A stretch of DNA of 64,000 nt, taken from assembly GCA_965197425.1 (NCBI GenBank), contig CBDANC010000015.1:10704-74703 (forward strand), in the 5' to 3' direction. Positions 48,638 to 57,994 of this stretch are shown one piece after another. Both the position numbers and the translations under genes were made by a program. The DNA is from Bdellovibrionales bacterium (GTDB taxonomy: Bacteria > Bdellovibrionota > Bdellovibrionia > Bdellovibrionales > JAUICD01). Position 1 is the stretch's first letter; the number at the start of each line of letters is the position of its first letter. The notes beneath the pieces were generated by a model. It saw only the letters and a program-made list of their open reading frames with translations. It was not told the DNA's origin and did not search any database.

Positions 48638-50776
48638 TTAAATTCTGTCTGCTCTTATAACACTCTTAATTTTAGAGATCTGTTGTAAGGTTAAGTTAAT
48701 ATGATTGACGCTTTTTACGGCAACATCAAAAATACATATTGCCTTTTTGTTTTTAATTGTTCTGATATGGGCATTTGATATGTTTATGTTGTTCATCGTG
48801 AATGTCTCACTTATTGATTTGAGTACTCCAGATGTATCATTACATAACACACGAATTTTTGTGTTTCTGATAGGGCTTTGTGCCTGCTCTCGTTCCCACT
48901 CTACCTCTACAATTCTATCTCGATCCATTTCAAATGTTTTTTTACAGGACGATCTATGGATAGTAACGCCCCTTTCACGAGAAATAAATCCAACTATTGG
49001 ATCGCCTGGAATAGGATGGCAGCACTTAGCATAATATATCAAAATATCCGACATTCCATCGACTTTGACCATCGACTTTCCACTAGGGCGTTTGTATCTT
49101 CTAAATATTTTTTTCAGAAAAGAATCTTCATCTTCTGTCTTAGATTCTGTTCCTGATAGCAAGGTTGTGATCTTAGATGGAGTATGTTTTCCATATCCAA
49201 TTTGAACATACAGTTCTTCGACTTTGTGTATTCCCAAACTTTCCATTACTTTTTTGGCGTTAGGTGCATTAATGATATTGTTAAGCTTTAACTTCAGCTT
49301 TGTACACTCCTGCTCTAAAAGAGTTTTGCCCAAACTTATTGAATGCTTTCTTTCATTTGCTCTTATAAAAGCTCTAATTTTGGACTGAGCTTTAGAAGAA
49401 GTGCAAAATGAAAGCCAGTCTTTTGAGGGGGTTTGATGTGGTGAAGTTAGAATTTTTACGGTATCTCCGTTTCGTAACTTGTGTTTTATAGGAACCATCT
49501 TGCCATCAACTTTTGCTCCTACAGTTTTACTTCCTATATCAGAGTGTATTGCATATGCAAAATCCAGTGCTGTTGCGCCATCTCTTAACTCTTTAACATC
49601 ACCCCTTGGAGTAAATACATAAATATCTTCATCCATTAGATCTAATTTTATGCTTTCTAAAAATTCACTGGAGTCGTCGATATCTCTATGCCAACTAGTT
49701 AAACTCTTTAACCACTCAAAATTTTCTTTTGTCTTGATATCCACCTGCCCTTTTTCTTTGTAAGACCAGTGCGCGGCAATGCCATTTTCTGCTACTTCAT
49801 GCATCTGTTTGGTTCTGATTTGAATCTCTACCCTTTGACCTCCTGGCATAATTACAGCGGTATGTAAGCTTTGGTAATTATTAACCTTTGGCATGGCTAT
49901 ATAGTCCTTAAATCCTTCAGTAATTGGTCTATAGGAGCTGTGCATGAGGCCTAATATTTCATAACAATTAGAAATTGTTTCCGTGATAATTCTAAACCCA
50001 AATATATCAAGTACATCTTCATACTCTATGTTTTTGTCTCTCATTTTTCTGTATATTGAGTAAATGTGTTTAGTTCTTCCGTATATTCGAGGTTTCAAGC
50101 TGGTATTTTGATCTATTTTTTCAGATAACACTGCTATAACTTGTTCAATGTATTTGTCGTGTTCTTCTTTTTTTTTGGTTACTTTCGAAGAGAGTTCTTG
50201 ATAAATCTGAGGTTTTAAGTGCTTAAAACTTAAACCTTCCAACTCCATTTTCCATGAACTGATTCCCAATCTATTGGCTATTGGAGCGTATATATCCAAA
50301 GTTTCTTGAGATACGTTAAGTTGCTTTTCATAAGGCATATACTTCAAAGTTCTCATGTTGTGCAGACGATCTGCAATTTTTACGATTATTACCCTCATAT
50401 CTTGACCCATTGCTACTATCATCTTTCTGATATTTTCACTTTGAGCCACATGGGTATTTTTAAAATTCATCTTGGATATTTTGGTAACACCATCCACCAC
50501 ATTTCTTACAGTCTTACCAAACTGTTTTTCTATTTCATCGATTGAGGCGGCAGTGTCCTCCACTGTGTCATGCAAAAGAGCTGCGACAATGGTAGTAGTG
50601 TCAAAATACAATTCGGACAATAAAAAAGCCACACCTGCAGGGTGGGTTATATAGGGCTTGCCACTTTTTCTAAATTGCCCCTGATGGACATTCTTTGCAA
50701 ACTCATAAGCTCTGACTATTAAATTTAAATGTTCCTTGGAATATATCTTGGAAAAAGCACTTGTAAATTCTTCCAA
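48638..50776 (-). CDS. spoT: Bifunctional (p)ppGpp synthetase/hydrolase (RelA/SpoT homologue)
   Basis: 712-aa ORF with the HD hydrolase (HPAGVAFLL...LLHDTVEDT), synthetase, TGS and ACT regions. TTG start; downstream of rpoZ as in many bacteria. Confidence 0.9.
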   Translation of the reverse strand: MEEFTSAFSKIYSKEHLNLIVRAYEFAKNVHQGQFRKSGKPYITHPAGVAFLLSELYFDTTTIVAALLHDTVEDTAASIDEIEKQFGKTVRNVVDGVTKISKMNFKNTHVAQSENIRKMIVAMGQDMRVIIVKIADRLHNMRTLKYMPYEKQLNVSQETLDIYAPIANRLGISSWKMELEGLSFKHLKPQIYQELSSKVTKKKEEHDKYIEQVIAVLSEKIDQNTSLKPRIYGRTKHIYSIYRKMRDKNIEYEDVLDIFGFRIITETISNCYEILGLMHSSYRPITEGFKDYIAMPKVNNYQSLHTAVIMPGGQRVEIQIRTKQMHEVAENGIAAHWSYKEKGQVDIKTKENFEWLKSLTSWHRDIDDSSEFLESIKLDLMDEDIYVFTPRGDVKELRDGATALDFAYAIHSDIGSKTVGAKVDGKMVPIKHKLRNGDTVKILTSPHQTPSKDWLSFCTSSKAQSKIRAFIRANERKHSISLGKTLLEQECTKLKLKLNNIINAPNAKKVMESLGIHKVEELYVQIGYGKHTPSKITTLLSGTESKTEDEDSFLKKIFRRYKRPSGKSMVKVDGMSDILIYYAKCCHPIPGDPIVGFISRERGVTIHRSSCKKTFEMDRDRIVEVEWEREQAQSPIRNTKIRVLCNDTSGVLKSISETFTMNNINISNAHIRTIKNKKAICIFDVAVKSVNHINLTLQQISKIKSVIRADRI

Positions 50777-50823
50777 GCTCTTACATGTATCAGGTTGGAT
50801 TTTTTTATAACTAAGCGAAATCC

Positions 50824-51063
50824 TTATTCACCTTTCAAACTTTTTTGAATCTGCATCTGAGGAGTGCCACTAGCTTCATCGTGCCTGAAGCTAACTTTTT
50901 TTGAGGCAACCTCCCTAAGAGCGGTTACAACACTCATGTTATCGGTCTTTAAAAGCGGCTCCGCCCCAGAATACAGGCTCCTAGCCCTCTTAGCAACTAA
51001 CATCACCAACTCAAACCTGTTTGTTACCTTATCTAAACAATCTTCTACAGAAATTCTAGCCAT
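50824..51063 (-). CDS. rpoZ: DNA-directed RNA polymerase subunit omega
   Basis: 79-aa ORF, MARISVEDCLDKVTNRFELVMLVAKRAR. Confidence 0.88.
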   Translation of the reverse strand: MARISVEDCLDKVTNRFELVMLVAKRARSLYSGAEPLLKTDNMSVVTALREVASKKVSFRHDEASGTPQMQIQKSLKGE

Positions 51064-51223
51064 GCATTCACCTCAATCTAACACTCACTCCGACTACTAA
51101 AAACTTGCTTTTTGGCAGACAAACTATGTTTCGGTCTATCGCTATTCCTTAAGCTCTATCTGCCTACAATTCACGTTGTTTTCGTGGTCCTTTCTTCTAC
51201 CACTAAGTTTACCAAACTTCACC

Positions 51224-51799
51224 TTATTTTATAATATTCTCGACAATTTTTCTAAATTTTTTATAAGCTTCATCAAAATTGTTGTTTATTATCTGGTGAT
51301 CATATTCACAGGCACTTTTCATTTCCATATCAACCACTCTTAACCTGCCTTCAATGTCTTCTGTACCTTTGTTCTTGCTTCTAGCCCTCAGCCGCTTTTC
51401 TAACTCCTCAATTGAAGGGGGAAGGATAAAAATGGTGTGGCTTTCAGGGTATAGCTTTTTTAAGCTGGTGGCCCCAGCTACATTTATATCCATCATTAGA
51501 AATTTGCTCCCTAAACTCATCCTCTCTATCTGATGCCTAGGAGTGCCATACAGCTCACCATGTACTTTTTCCCATTCTGCAAAATAATTTTCCTTTATCT
51601 GTTTTTCGAAATAATTTTTACTGACAAAGAAATATTCTTGTTTATCTCTCTCACTTTCCCTGAGGCTCCTGGTGGTGCAACTGATGCTATAGGACAAACA
51701 ATTTTCTAGCTCCTTCAATATTTTGTTGCACAAGGTGGATTTGCCCACTCCACTAGGCCCTGATACGATAATCAAATTAGTTCCACCATAACTATTCAT
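51224..51799 (-). CDS. gmk: Guanylate kinase
   Basis: 191-aa ORF with SGPSGVGKST and TTR...E..G..Y.FVS. Confidence 0.9.
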   Translation of the reverse strand: MNSYGGTNLIIVSGPSGVGKSTLCNKILKELENCLSYSISCTTRSLRESERDKQEYFFVSKNYFEKQIKENYFAEWEKVHGELYGTPRHQIERMSLGSKFLMMDINVAGATSLKKLYPESHTIFILPPSIEELEKRLRARSKNKGTEDIEGRLRVVDMEMKSACEYDHQIINNNFDEAYKKFRKIVENIIK

Positions 51800-51801
51800 A
51801 A

Positions 51802-52653
51802 TTATTCTATATTCTGTACCTGTTCCTTTATTTGTTCAATCAATAATTTTGCTTCTATAACCATCTTGTTTGTTTGGTACTTATTGGATTTAGCTCCAAT
51901 TGTATTTACTTCTCTTAACAGTTCTTGAGTATAAAAATCCATTTTTTTTCCAATAGGGTATATAGACCTCGTGTCTTTTTTAAAAGCTTTGATGTGTTCC
52001 TTTAGCCTAGAAACCTCTTCTGAAATTTCTGATTTATCTAAGTTAAACACCACCTCATATGCAAGTTTACTTAGATCTACACCACTAAACGATTGTTCTA
52101 GCCCCGATAATCTTTTTTTTATGTTTGTTCTTGGGATTTTAACTTTTTCTAGCTTAGAAATTATAAGGGTGAGTTTCTTTAAAATAGTGTCAATTTGCAC
52201 CTTTGTTGCATTTCCTTCTTTTCTTCTGTTAGACAAAAGTCTTTCAGTAACCTTTTGTATTAAATTGCAAATTGACTTTTCTTCTAAATTACTTACATAT
52301 CTTTCTACCTTCACTGCTCGTTCAAACAAATTTGAGTTTAGATCAATGTTAGCTTTCAGTTTGGAAAATATTTTCTTATATACATCAGATATTTTTTTAG
52401 CAAGTTCCATGTCTAGCTCAACTTTTATGTTCTTGCCGGAGTTAATTTTGTTTATATATAAGTAAACATTTCCTCTATGGATTTTCTTTCTTATAATGCC
52501 CCTAATTTTGGGTTCTAGAAAACTATATTCTTTAGGAAGGTTTAACTTAATATCCAAAAATCTGTTATTATAAGATTTAATGGTAATATCAATTATTGAA
52601 CCATTAAATTTGTGAACTGTATTATAAAATCCAGTCATGCTATTCATATGCAT
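51802..52653 (-). CDS. yicC: YicC-family stress-induced protein (putative endoribonuclease)
   Basis: 283-aa ORF with N-terminal SMTGF and C-terminal ...REVNTIGAKSN.... Confidence 0.8.
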   Translation of the reverse strand: MHMNSMTGFYNTVHKFNGSIIDITIKSYNNRFLDIKLNLPKEYSFLEPKIRGIIRKKIHRGNVYLYINKINSGKNIKVELDMELAKKISDVYKKIFSKLKANIDLNSNLFERAVKVERYVSNLEEKSICNLIQKVTERLLSNRRKEGNATKVQIDTILKKLTLIISKLEKVKIPRTNIKKRLSGLEQSFSGVDLSKLAYEVVFNLDKSEISEEVSRLKEHIKAFKKDTRSIYPIGKKMDFYTQELLREVNTIGAKSNKYQTNKMVIEAKLLIEQIKEQVQNIE

Positions 52654-52724
52654 CTCCTGTCATATGTATTCTATGATGCGCTTACTGATTATAGCAGTCC
52701 AGTTGAAAGTAACTGTGTCAAAGT

Positions 52725-52931
52725 GTTTGTTTAGCTTCTTTATTTTTTGCCTCGTTCGGAAGACCTTAGAGTAACAGGATCGGCATCGTGTTGCAGAGCT
52801 GGGCAACCACTTGGATAAAAAACCGACTGCAAAGAGGTTCATCCAATTGGAAAATATAAAGGTTTATCCCGTAAGCCAATTGAACTAAAGAGAACAAGTC
52901 CACTTGTTTTTATCCTCGTTCGGAAGACCTT
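52725..52931 (+). repeat. Modular intergenic repeat, locus 3: orphan tail (52725-52767) plus one complete A-B-C unit (52768-52931)
   Basis: The unit is flanked by direct copies of CCTCGTTCGGAAGACCTTAG (52750-52769 and 52914-52933). It contains all three modules and overlaps the miaA 3' end. Confidence 0.9.
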
Positions 52932-53839
52932 AGGGTTAATTCTATTTTGTTCATAATGCCACGAATATTTTCATTGTGTTTTACTTTTAGTATTTTATAT
53001 TGCTCGCTCTCATATCTGTTAAACCATGTGTTTTGTTTTTTAACCAACTTCATAGTTGATTTGACTATTTCTTCTTCTAATTCTTGTTTACTAAGCGAGC
53101 CTTCAATAAATTTTATGGTTTCTTTATAACCTACACTGTTCATAGGAGACCAGTTTTTTAATCCTTTGTCTAATAAACCCTGCACCTCTTCTATTAGGCC
53201 ATTATCTAACATTTGCTTTGTTCGCAAGGTTACATTTTTTTTAATTTCTGATTTATCCATTTCTATTCTTAAAAAAACATATGGATAGGGGAATTGTTTT
53301 TTTACATAAGTTCTTTTTATTTCAGTAATAGTTCGATCTTGAAGGCGCATTATCGATGCTGCCCTTAATATTCTATATTTATCATTTTGGTTTATTGTTG
53401 CTGCATATTCTGGATCTTTTTTTTTAATTTCTTCATAAATAAAGGCAAGCCCTTTGTTTTTTAAATCATGATCTAATATATTTTTTAATTCTATAGGTGT
53501 TTTGGGGAAGTTATACATTTCAGATATAAGCGCATTTATATAAAATCCACTTCCTCCTACTATAAATGCATACTCTGTTTTTATTTTAGATAACTTGCTA
53601 AGGCATAATTTTTTAAATTCTCCTGCAGTAAACTCATGTCCTTCACTCAATATATCAAATAGATGATGTGGAGTTTTATTTAAGTCCTTTTTTTTTGGTT
53701 TAGATGATCCAATGTTTACAGATTTAAAAAATTGTATACTGTCAGAATTTATAATCTCTGCATCATATATCTCTGCCAGCCTTAATGCTAAGGCTGATTT
53801 TCCTACTGCTGTAGGGCCTATTATAAATACTGCCTTCAT
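52910..53839 (-). CDS. miaA: tRNA dimethylallyltransferase
   Basis: 309-aa ORF with GPTAVGKSALAL and YRILRA.... The last 7 codons plus the stop (LRSSERG*) lie inside repeat locus 3. Confidence 0.9.
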   Translation of the reverse strand: MKAVFIIGPTAVGKSALALRLAEIYDAEIINSDSIQFFKSVNIGSSKPKKKDLNKTPHHLFDILSEGHEFTAGEFKKLCLSKLSKIKTEYAFIVGGSGFYINALISEMYNFPKTPIELKNILDHDLKNKGLAFIYEEIKKKDPEYAATINQNDKYRILRAASIMRLQDRTITEIKRTYVKKQFPYPYVFLRIEMDKSEIKKNVTLRTKQMLDNGLIEEVQGLLDKGLKNWSPMNSVGYKETIKFIEGSLSKQELEEEIVKSTMKLVKKQNTWFNRYESEQYKILKVKHNENIRGIMNKIELTLRSSERG

Positions 53840-55593
53840 ACTATTCTACAGAATTCTGTGTCTAGTTTGGTAAAGGGATATTCTATATATACAGGTCTTC
53901 CATGAGGACAAAAGCTTGATAATGAAAACTCATCCATTTGTTCAAGTAAACCTTTTATCTCTAAATTGCTTAAAACTTTCCCTGCTCTTATTGCAGAATG
54001 ACAGGCCATTGTGGCAAAAATATTTGATATGTTTTCCTCTATAGGAGCATTGCCCTTATTTAATTCTATATCATTTAGTATGCATTCAAGACCTGATTCT
54101 ATACTTTTTTTATTTAAGATTACTGGGCCTGATAAAATTTCTATAAAGTTTTTGTCAAACGAAATGTTTATGCCTATTTTTTCTAAAAATTTAGTTTGGG
54201 ATTTTAAGACGGATATCTTGTCTCTATCTAACTCTGTTTTTATAGGGATAAGGTTGTTTTGAACTTTAATATTGCCAGATGAAAATTCAAAATTTAATTT
54301 TTCATAAAGCATCCTTTCATGTGCTGCATGCTGATCTATCAATATCAAACTATTTCTAGATTGAGTTATTATATAAGTACAATTGCATTGGCCTATTATA
54401 TCTAATGCTTGCCATTTTGGTTCTTTTTTAGAAATTAAAGATTCTTTGTTAGAAGGTGAACCTTGTAATGTTTCGGCAGGTCTTGACCATTTAAAATTAG
54501 TGGAGTTATTAAACGTTTTTTTTGCAAAGTGAGCTACATTAAATGTGTTTCCTCTAAACCCTGTGGTAACTTGAGGTTTGTGATTTCTAATCGAGTTTTC
54601 TTCAGGTAAAACCCTGTTAAGCCATGGAGAGTTTTGTAATGCTGGTCTTAATGTTTGTACAACTGAATTAAAAATTTCTGACTGTCTTAAAAATTTAACC
54701 TGGGATTTTGTAGGATGAATATTTATGTCAATCTCATCTTTTTTACACTTAATACTCAGCGCAACTATAGGAAACTCTCTGTGCATAAGTAAAGTTCTAT
54801 AACTTTCCATAATAGCTGCTTGGATAGATTTATCCTGTATCCATCTGTCTTGTGCAAATATCCAAACATTTTGAGATGTTTTTTGAGTATTGTTAGGGCT
54901 AGAAAAACAAACTTCTATATTAAAACTATTTATGAATTTCTTAACATGGTATAGTTCATCTAAATCTAATACATTTTTTGCTCTTTCATAAAAAGAGTCT
55001 TTTGGGCTGAAGATATTTACTAGCTCTGAGTCTTGGCTTAACTTAAACTCTGTTTTGAAGTTGATTAAAGCTAAGGCTTTTAGTGTTTTTTTTATGGAAA
55101 TTGACTCTGACCTATTGGACTTTAAAAACTTTAATCTTGCAGGCAGATTTTCAAATAACTTTTTAACACTAATCAATGTACCGCTATCGCCGTGGCTTTT
55201 AACAACTGGGCTTGATTTTCCAAAATTTGAGGTAATGTTAAATGCCTCGTCATCTTTGGTTTTAGAAGTTATAGAAAGAATACTTACACTGGCTATACTA
55301 TGTAAAGCCTCGCCTCTAAAACCAAAGCTGTCTAAGTTCCATAAATCATCTATGTTTGATATTTTGCTTGTAGAGTATCGGTCTAATATTAAAGGTAGAT
55401 CTTTTTTGGTTACGCCTATGCCATTATCTTTTACCAGGATCTCTCGTCCACTATCAGAAAAATTTATATGTACCTTACTGGCCCCAGAATCTATGCTGTT
55501 TTCTACAAGCTCTTTTACAATCTGAGATGGCCTATCTATTATTTCACCGGCTGCAATTTGGCTTATCACATTTTCTGGTAATTTGATAATCAT
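53836..55593 (-). CDS. mutL: DNA mismatch repair protein MutL
   Basis: IKLPENVISQIAAGEIIDRPSQIVKELVENSIDSGA, GFRGEAL, and a C-terminal dimerisation/endonuclease region (DQHAAHERMLYE...CPHGRP). The likely start is MIIKLP at 55593; the track ORF starts at 55611. Confidence 0.9.
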   Translation of the reverse strand: MIIKLPENVISQIAAGEIIDRPSQIVKELVENSIDSGASKVHINFSDSGREILVKDNGIGVTKKDLPLILDRYSTSKISNIDDLWNLDSFGFRGEALHSIASVSILSITSKTKDDEAFNITSNFGKSSPVVKSHGDSGTLISVKKLFENLPARLKFLKSNRSESISIKKTLKALALINFKTEFKLSQDSELVNIFSPKDSFYERAKNVLDLDELYHVKKFINSFNIEVCFSSPNNTQKTSQNVWIFAQDRWIQDKSIQAAIMESYRTLLMHREFPIVALSIKCKKDEIDINIHPTKSQVKFLRQSEIFNSVVQTLRPALQNSPWLNRVLPEENSIRNHKPQVTTGFRGNTFNVAHFAKKTFNNSTNFKWSRPAETLQGSPSNKESLISKKEPKWQALDIIGQCNCTYIITQSRNSLILIDQHAAHERMLYEKLNFEFSSGNIKVQNNLIPIKTELDRDKISVLKSQTKFLEKIGINISFDKNFIEILSGPVILNKKSIESGLECILNDIELNKGNAPIEENISNIFATMACHSAIRAGKVLSNLEIKGLLEQMDEFSLSSFCPHGRPVYIEYPFTKLDTEFCRIV

Positions 55594-55699
55594 GGGTATT
55601 AAATACAACATTTAATATAAAAGGCAAACCCAGTTTTAATTTTAGCTCTTTTATTTTGAAAATAAGAACAAAAAGAGCTTATAGAAAATATGTGAAGCT

Positions 55700-56746
55700 T
55701 CAAATATTATTTAATATGATAGCCAAAACAATCACTTGAGGCACTAAGACCAAGGGTATGAATAGAGCAGTTTTCCAAGACTTGGTTGTTTCCTTTACTA
55801 TCATAATTTCTGTATAATCTGTAGCAACACCTGCCATCAAAAAGGCAAAGGTATTCCCTACGGCCTTGGCTTTGTTAAAAATTTCTCCCGCCACTGGAGC
55901 CAACCCTTCAGAGCAAACTTCCAGTATAGTAGATATCCCCAACGTAATGCCCAACCCTAACAGCGTTGGAGCAAAATACTTACCTATATGAGCATCAGTC
56001 ATAAACATGTTCAATAGACCAGATATAACTATTCCAACACAAAGCCACTTAATAACTATTTTAGAACTACGTAATCCATGAATTATTATCTGATAAAAAG
56101 ATTGTAATGTTAGTTTGTCTTTTACAAACATATTTTTTGATAACTCTAATAGTGACACAGAGCTTTTGTTGTTTGAGCTGTTTGGGTTAGCAGGTAAGAT
56201 ACTACGATTTGTCAATCTGTCAAAAATCAACCCTGATATAATTGCTAGAAGCAAGGATAGAATAATAAAAACGATTGTCCACTTTATACCTATTAATGAA
56301 GCTAGAATAATTGTTATAGACATTGAGTTCCAAGGACTTGCTATTAGAAAACACATGACCTGGCCAAGGCTTACGCCTTTTTTATATAGCTTCATTGCTA
56401 CCATAAGAATACCATGGCTACACAGATCTAAAAATAGGCCAGCAAACGCAGCTCTAAACATTCCATCGAACGAATTGCCTTTACCAAATAATTTAACAAT
56501 AGCTTCATCAGGAATTTTATGAAGAAAACCAACAAATAAAATACTTAAAACAACACCTATCCAAACTTGATTGACCACTTCATATTGAGTTTCAATAAAC
56601 CTACTTAAATACAAGCGTTCTAAGTAATCTCCTATACTTATAACTTCACCAGTAAGGTGTATCAGATAAGAAAAACAAACAACTAAAACAACTGCTATGA
56701 AAAAATAGTCTCTTTTTTGCGTGTTACATTTCATGGGTTCATTCAT
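55700..56746 (-). CDS. Predicted permease (ArsP_1/DUF318-like polytopic membrane protein)
   Basis: 348-aa ORF with about 8-9 hydrophobic segments. The family call is tentative. Confidence 0.5.
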   Translation of the reverse strand: MNEPMKCNTQKRDYFFIAVVLVVCFSYLIHLTGEVISIGDYLERLYLSRFIETQYEVVNQVWIGVVLSILFVGFLHKIPDEAIVKLFGKGNSFDGMFRAAFAGLFLDLCSHGILMVAMKLYKKGVSLGQVMCFLIASPWNSMSITIILASLIGIKWTIVFIILSLLLAIISGLIFDRLTNRSILPANPNSSNNKSSVSLLELSKNMFVKDKLTLQSFYQIIIHGLRSSKIVIKWLCVGIVISGLLNMFMTDAHIGKYFAPTLLGLGITLGISTILEVCSEGLAPVAGEIFNKAKAVGNTFAFLMAGVATDYTEIMIVKETTKSWKTALFIPLVLVPQVIVLAIILNNI

Positions 56747-56887
56747 TAAGGTTAAACCTTAAGACATGTAAAGGCTAAAATATATAAAAAAAGACTATAG
56801 AGCAATAAATGGCAACGGCACCATCTCTCTATGGCTACACTGCTTAGCCATCTTTTGTTTTAAGGCTGAAAAAAATATCTTTAGTTT

Positions 56888-57604
56888 TTATAAACGATCT
56901 CTAACATATGATACTACGGCACTAACAGGATGCCTCTTACCATGCTCACTATCCACAAATGCATATTTGAATCTAGCCAAGCCGTCCACCATAAGATAAG
57001 CACTAATAGTCAGTTTTATGGCGTTGGAAGGAGCATTACGCAAAAACCGATGATTTTTTGGGGTAAGAGCTCTTAGGCCAGGATCAGTTTGTAGTCTTCC
57101 ACTGACCTCCAAGTGATGGTTCGTATTATATATTGATACATATAATAATACAGCTCCACCAGTCGTTTGAAGTAGTCCTAAAGCTAGTTGAGGTATGTTC
57201 ATTTCAGGGCTACCTATAACAGGGTGATCAAATGACATACCTTCTTGGTACCCCAAACCAAAGTTCTTGTATCCATCCGTCATATAAGATCCAATAGACG
57301 CGATTTTTTCTGAATGTGAGTCCTCTTCAAGGTTAAGATCAACTGTAATAGAGCGTTCTTCACCTTCGTCAATTTCCAAGTACACGGTCATGTAAACTGG
57401 GATTTCATTAAGAAAATCTTCTTCACTAATACCATCAAAATGAACCGTAGTAATATGATCTATGTCTATTACATAATCACTTATGTCGTGAACACTATCA
57501 TGTTTAGGAAAAGCCACTCGCTCGGGATTGTCGTCCGAGACATCATTTGCCTGTATGGAAGAAAACGAAAGGGTCAATAAGGCTGATAATAAAAACTTGG
57601 TCAC
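56888..57604 (-). CDS. Secreted protein of unknown function
   Basis: SD AAGGAGGTG precedes the GTG at 57604, giving signal peptide (M)TKFLLSALLTLSFSSIQA. The track ORF begins 30 nt further upstream. I recognise no family. Confidence 0.5.
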   Translation of the reverse strand: MTKFLLSALLTLSFSSIQANDVSDDNPERVAFPKHDSVHDISDYVIDIDHITTVHFDGISEEDFLNEIPVYMTVYLEIDEGEERSITVDLNLEEDSHSEKIASIGSYMTDGYKNFGLGYQEGMSFDHPVIGSPEMNIPQLALGLLQTTGGAVLLYVSIYNTNHHLEVSGRLQTDPGLRALTPKNHRFLRNAPSNAIKLTISAYLMVDGLARFKYAFVDSEHGKRHPVSAVVSYVRDRL

Positions 57605-57818
57605 AAACACCTCCTTAACAAAGGAACCTTTCACATAAAAAACTGCAATTTAGCATGTAAGAAAGTTTGTCAAGTTGAGATCTATTAAGTCAATATCCGC
57701 CAAGCTTAGAACATAGAACGTTAGGTGATGCAAAAAGCAGCCCTTCACAATCTTCTATTTGGTTTAGGTTCTACAGTGTAGTGTTGTTATTGTCTAGATA
57801 TTTATAAAAATTTCTCAT

Positions 57819-57980
57819 AAAGGTCTTCCGAATGAAGCTAAAAACAAGTGGACTTGTTCACTTTGGTTCAATTGGCTCACGGGATAAATCTTTATATTAT
57901 CCAATTGAAATAACCTCCCTGCGGTCGGTTTTTTAGCTGAGTGGTTGCCCAGCACTAGAACATGATACTGATCCCGTCTC
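57819..57980 (-). repeat. Modular intergenic repeat, locus 4: one complete A-B-C unit in inverted orientation
   Basis: The reverse complement reads ..GGATCAGTATCATGTTCTAGTGCTGGGCAACCACTCAGCTAAAAAACCGACCGCAGGGAGGTTATTTCAATTGGATAATATAAAGATTTATCCCGTGAGCCAATTGAACCAAAGTGAACAAGTCCACTTGTTTTTAGCTTCATTCGGAAGACCTT. Confidence 0.9.
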
Positions 57981-57994
57981 ATAAATTATAAAAA

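Noticed and set aside
51064-51223. Pyrimidine-rich 160-nt gmk-rpoZ spacer with a GGCAGA..TCTGCC hairpin as a possible ncRNA
   Set aside because: There is a single 6-bp stem with a very long loop and no recognisable family. The evidence is insufficient.
52768-52931. Possible small self-cleaving ribozyme (twister-like CGGATAAAA..GTG / GGGAGG resemblance) or tRNA-like T-arm (GGTTCAATTGG) in the repeat
   Set aside because: The similarity is only to short fragments. I could not place the conserved twister core or pseudoknots, nor a cloverleaf. I leave this to a cmscan test rather than claim it.
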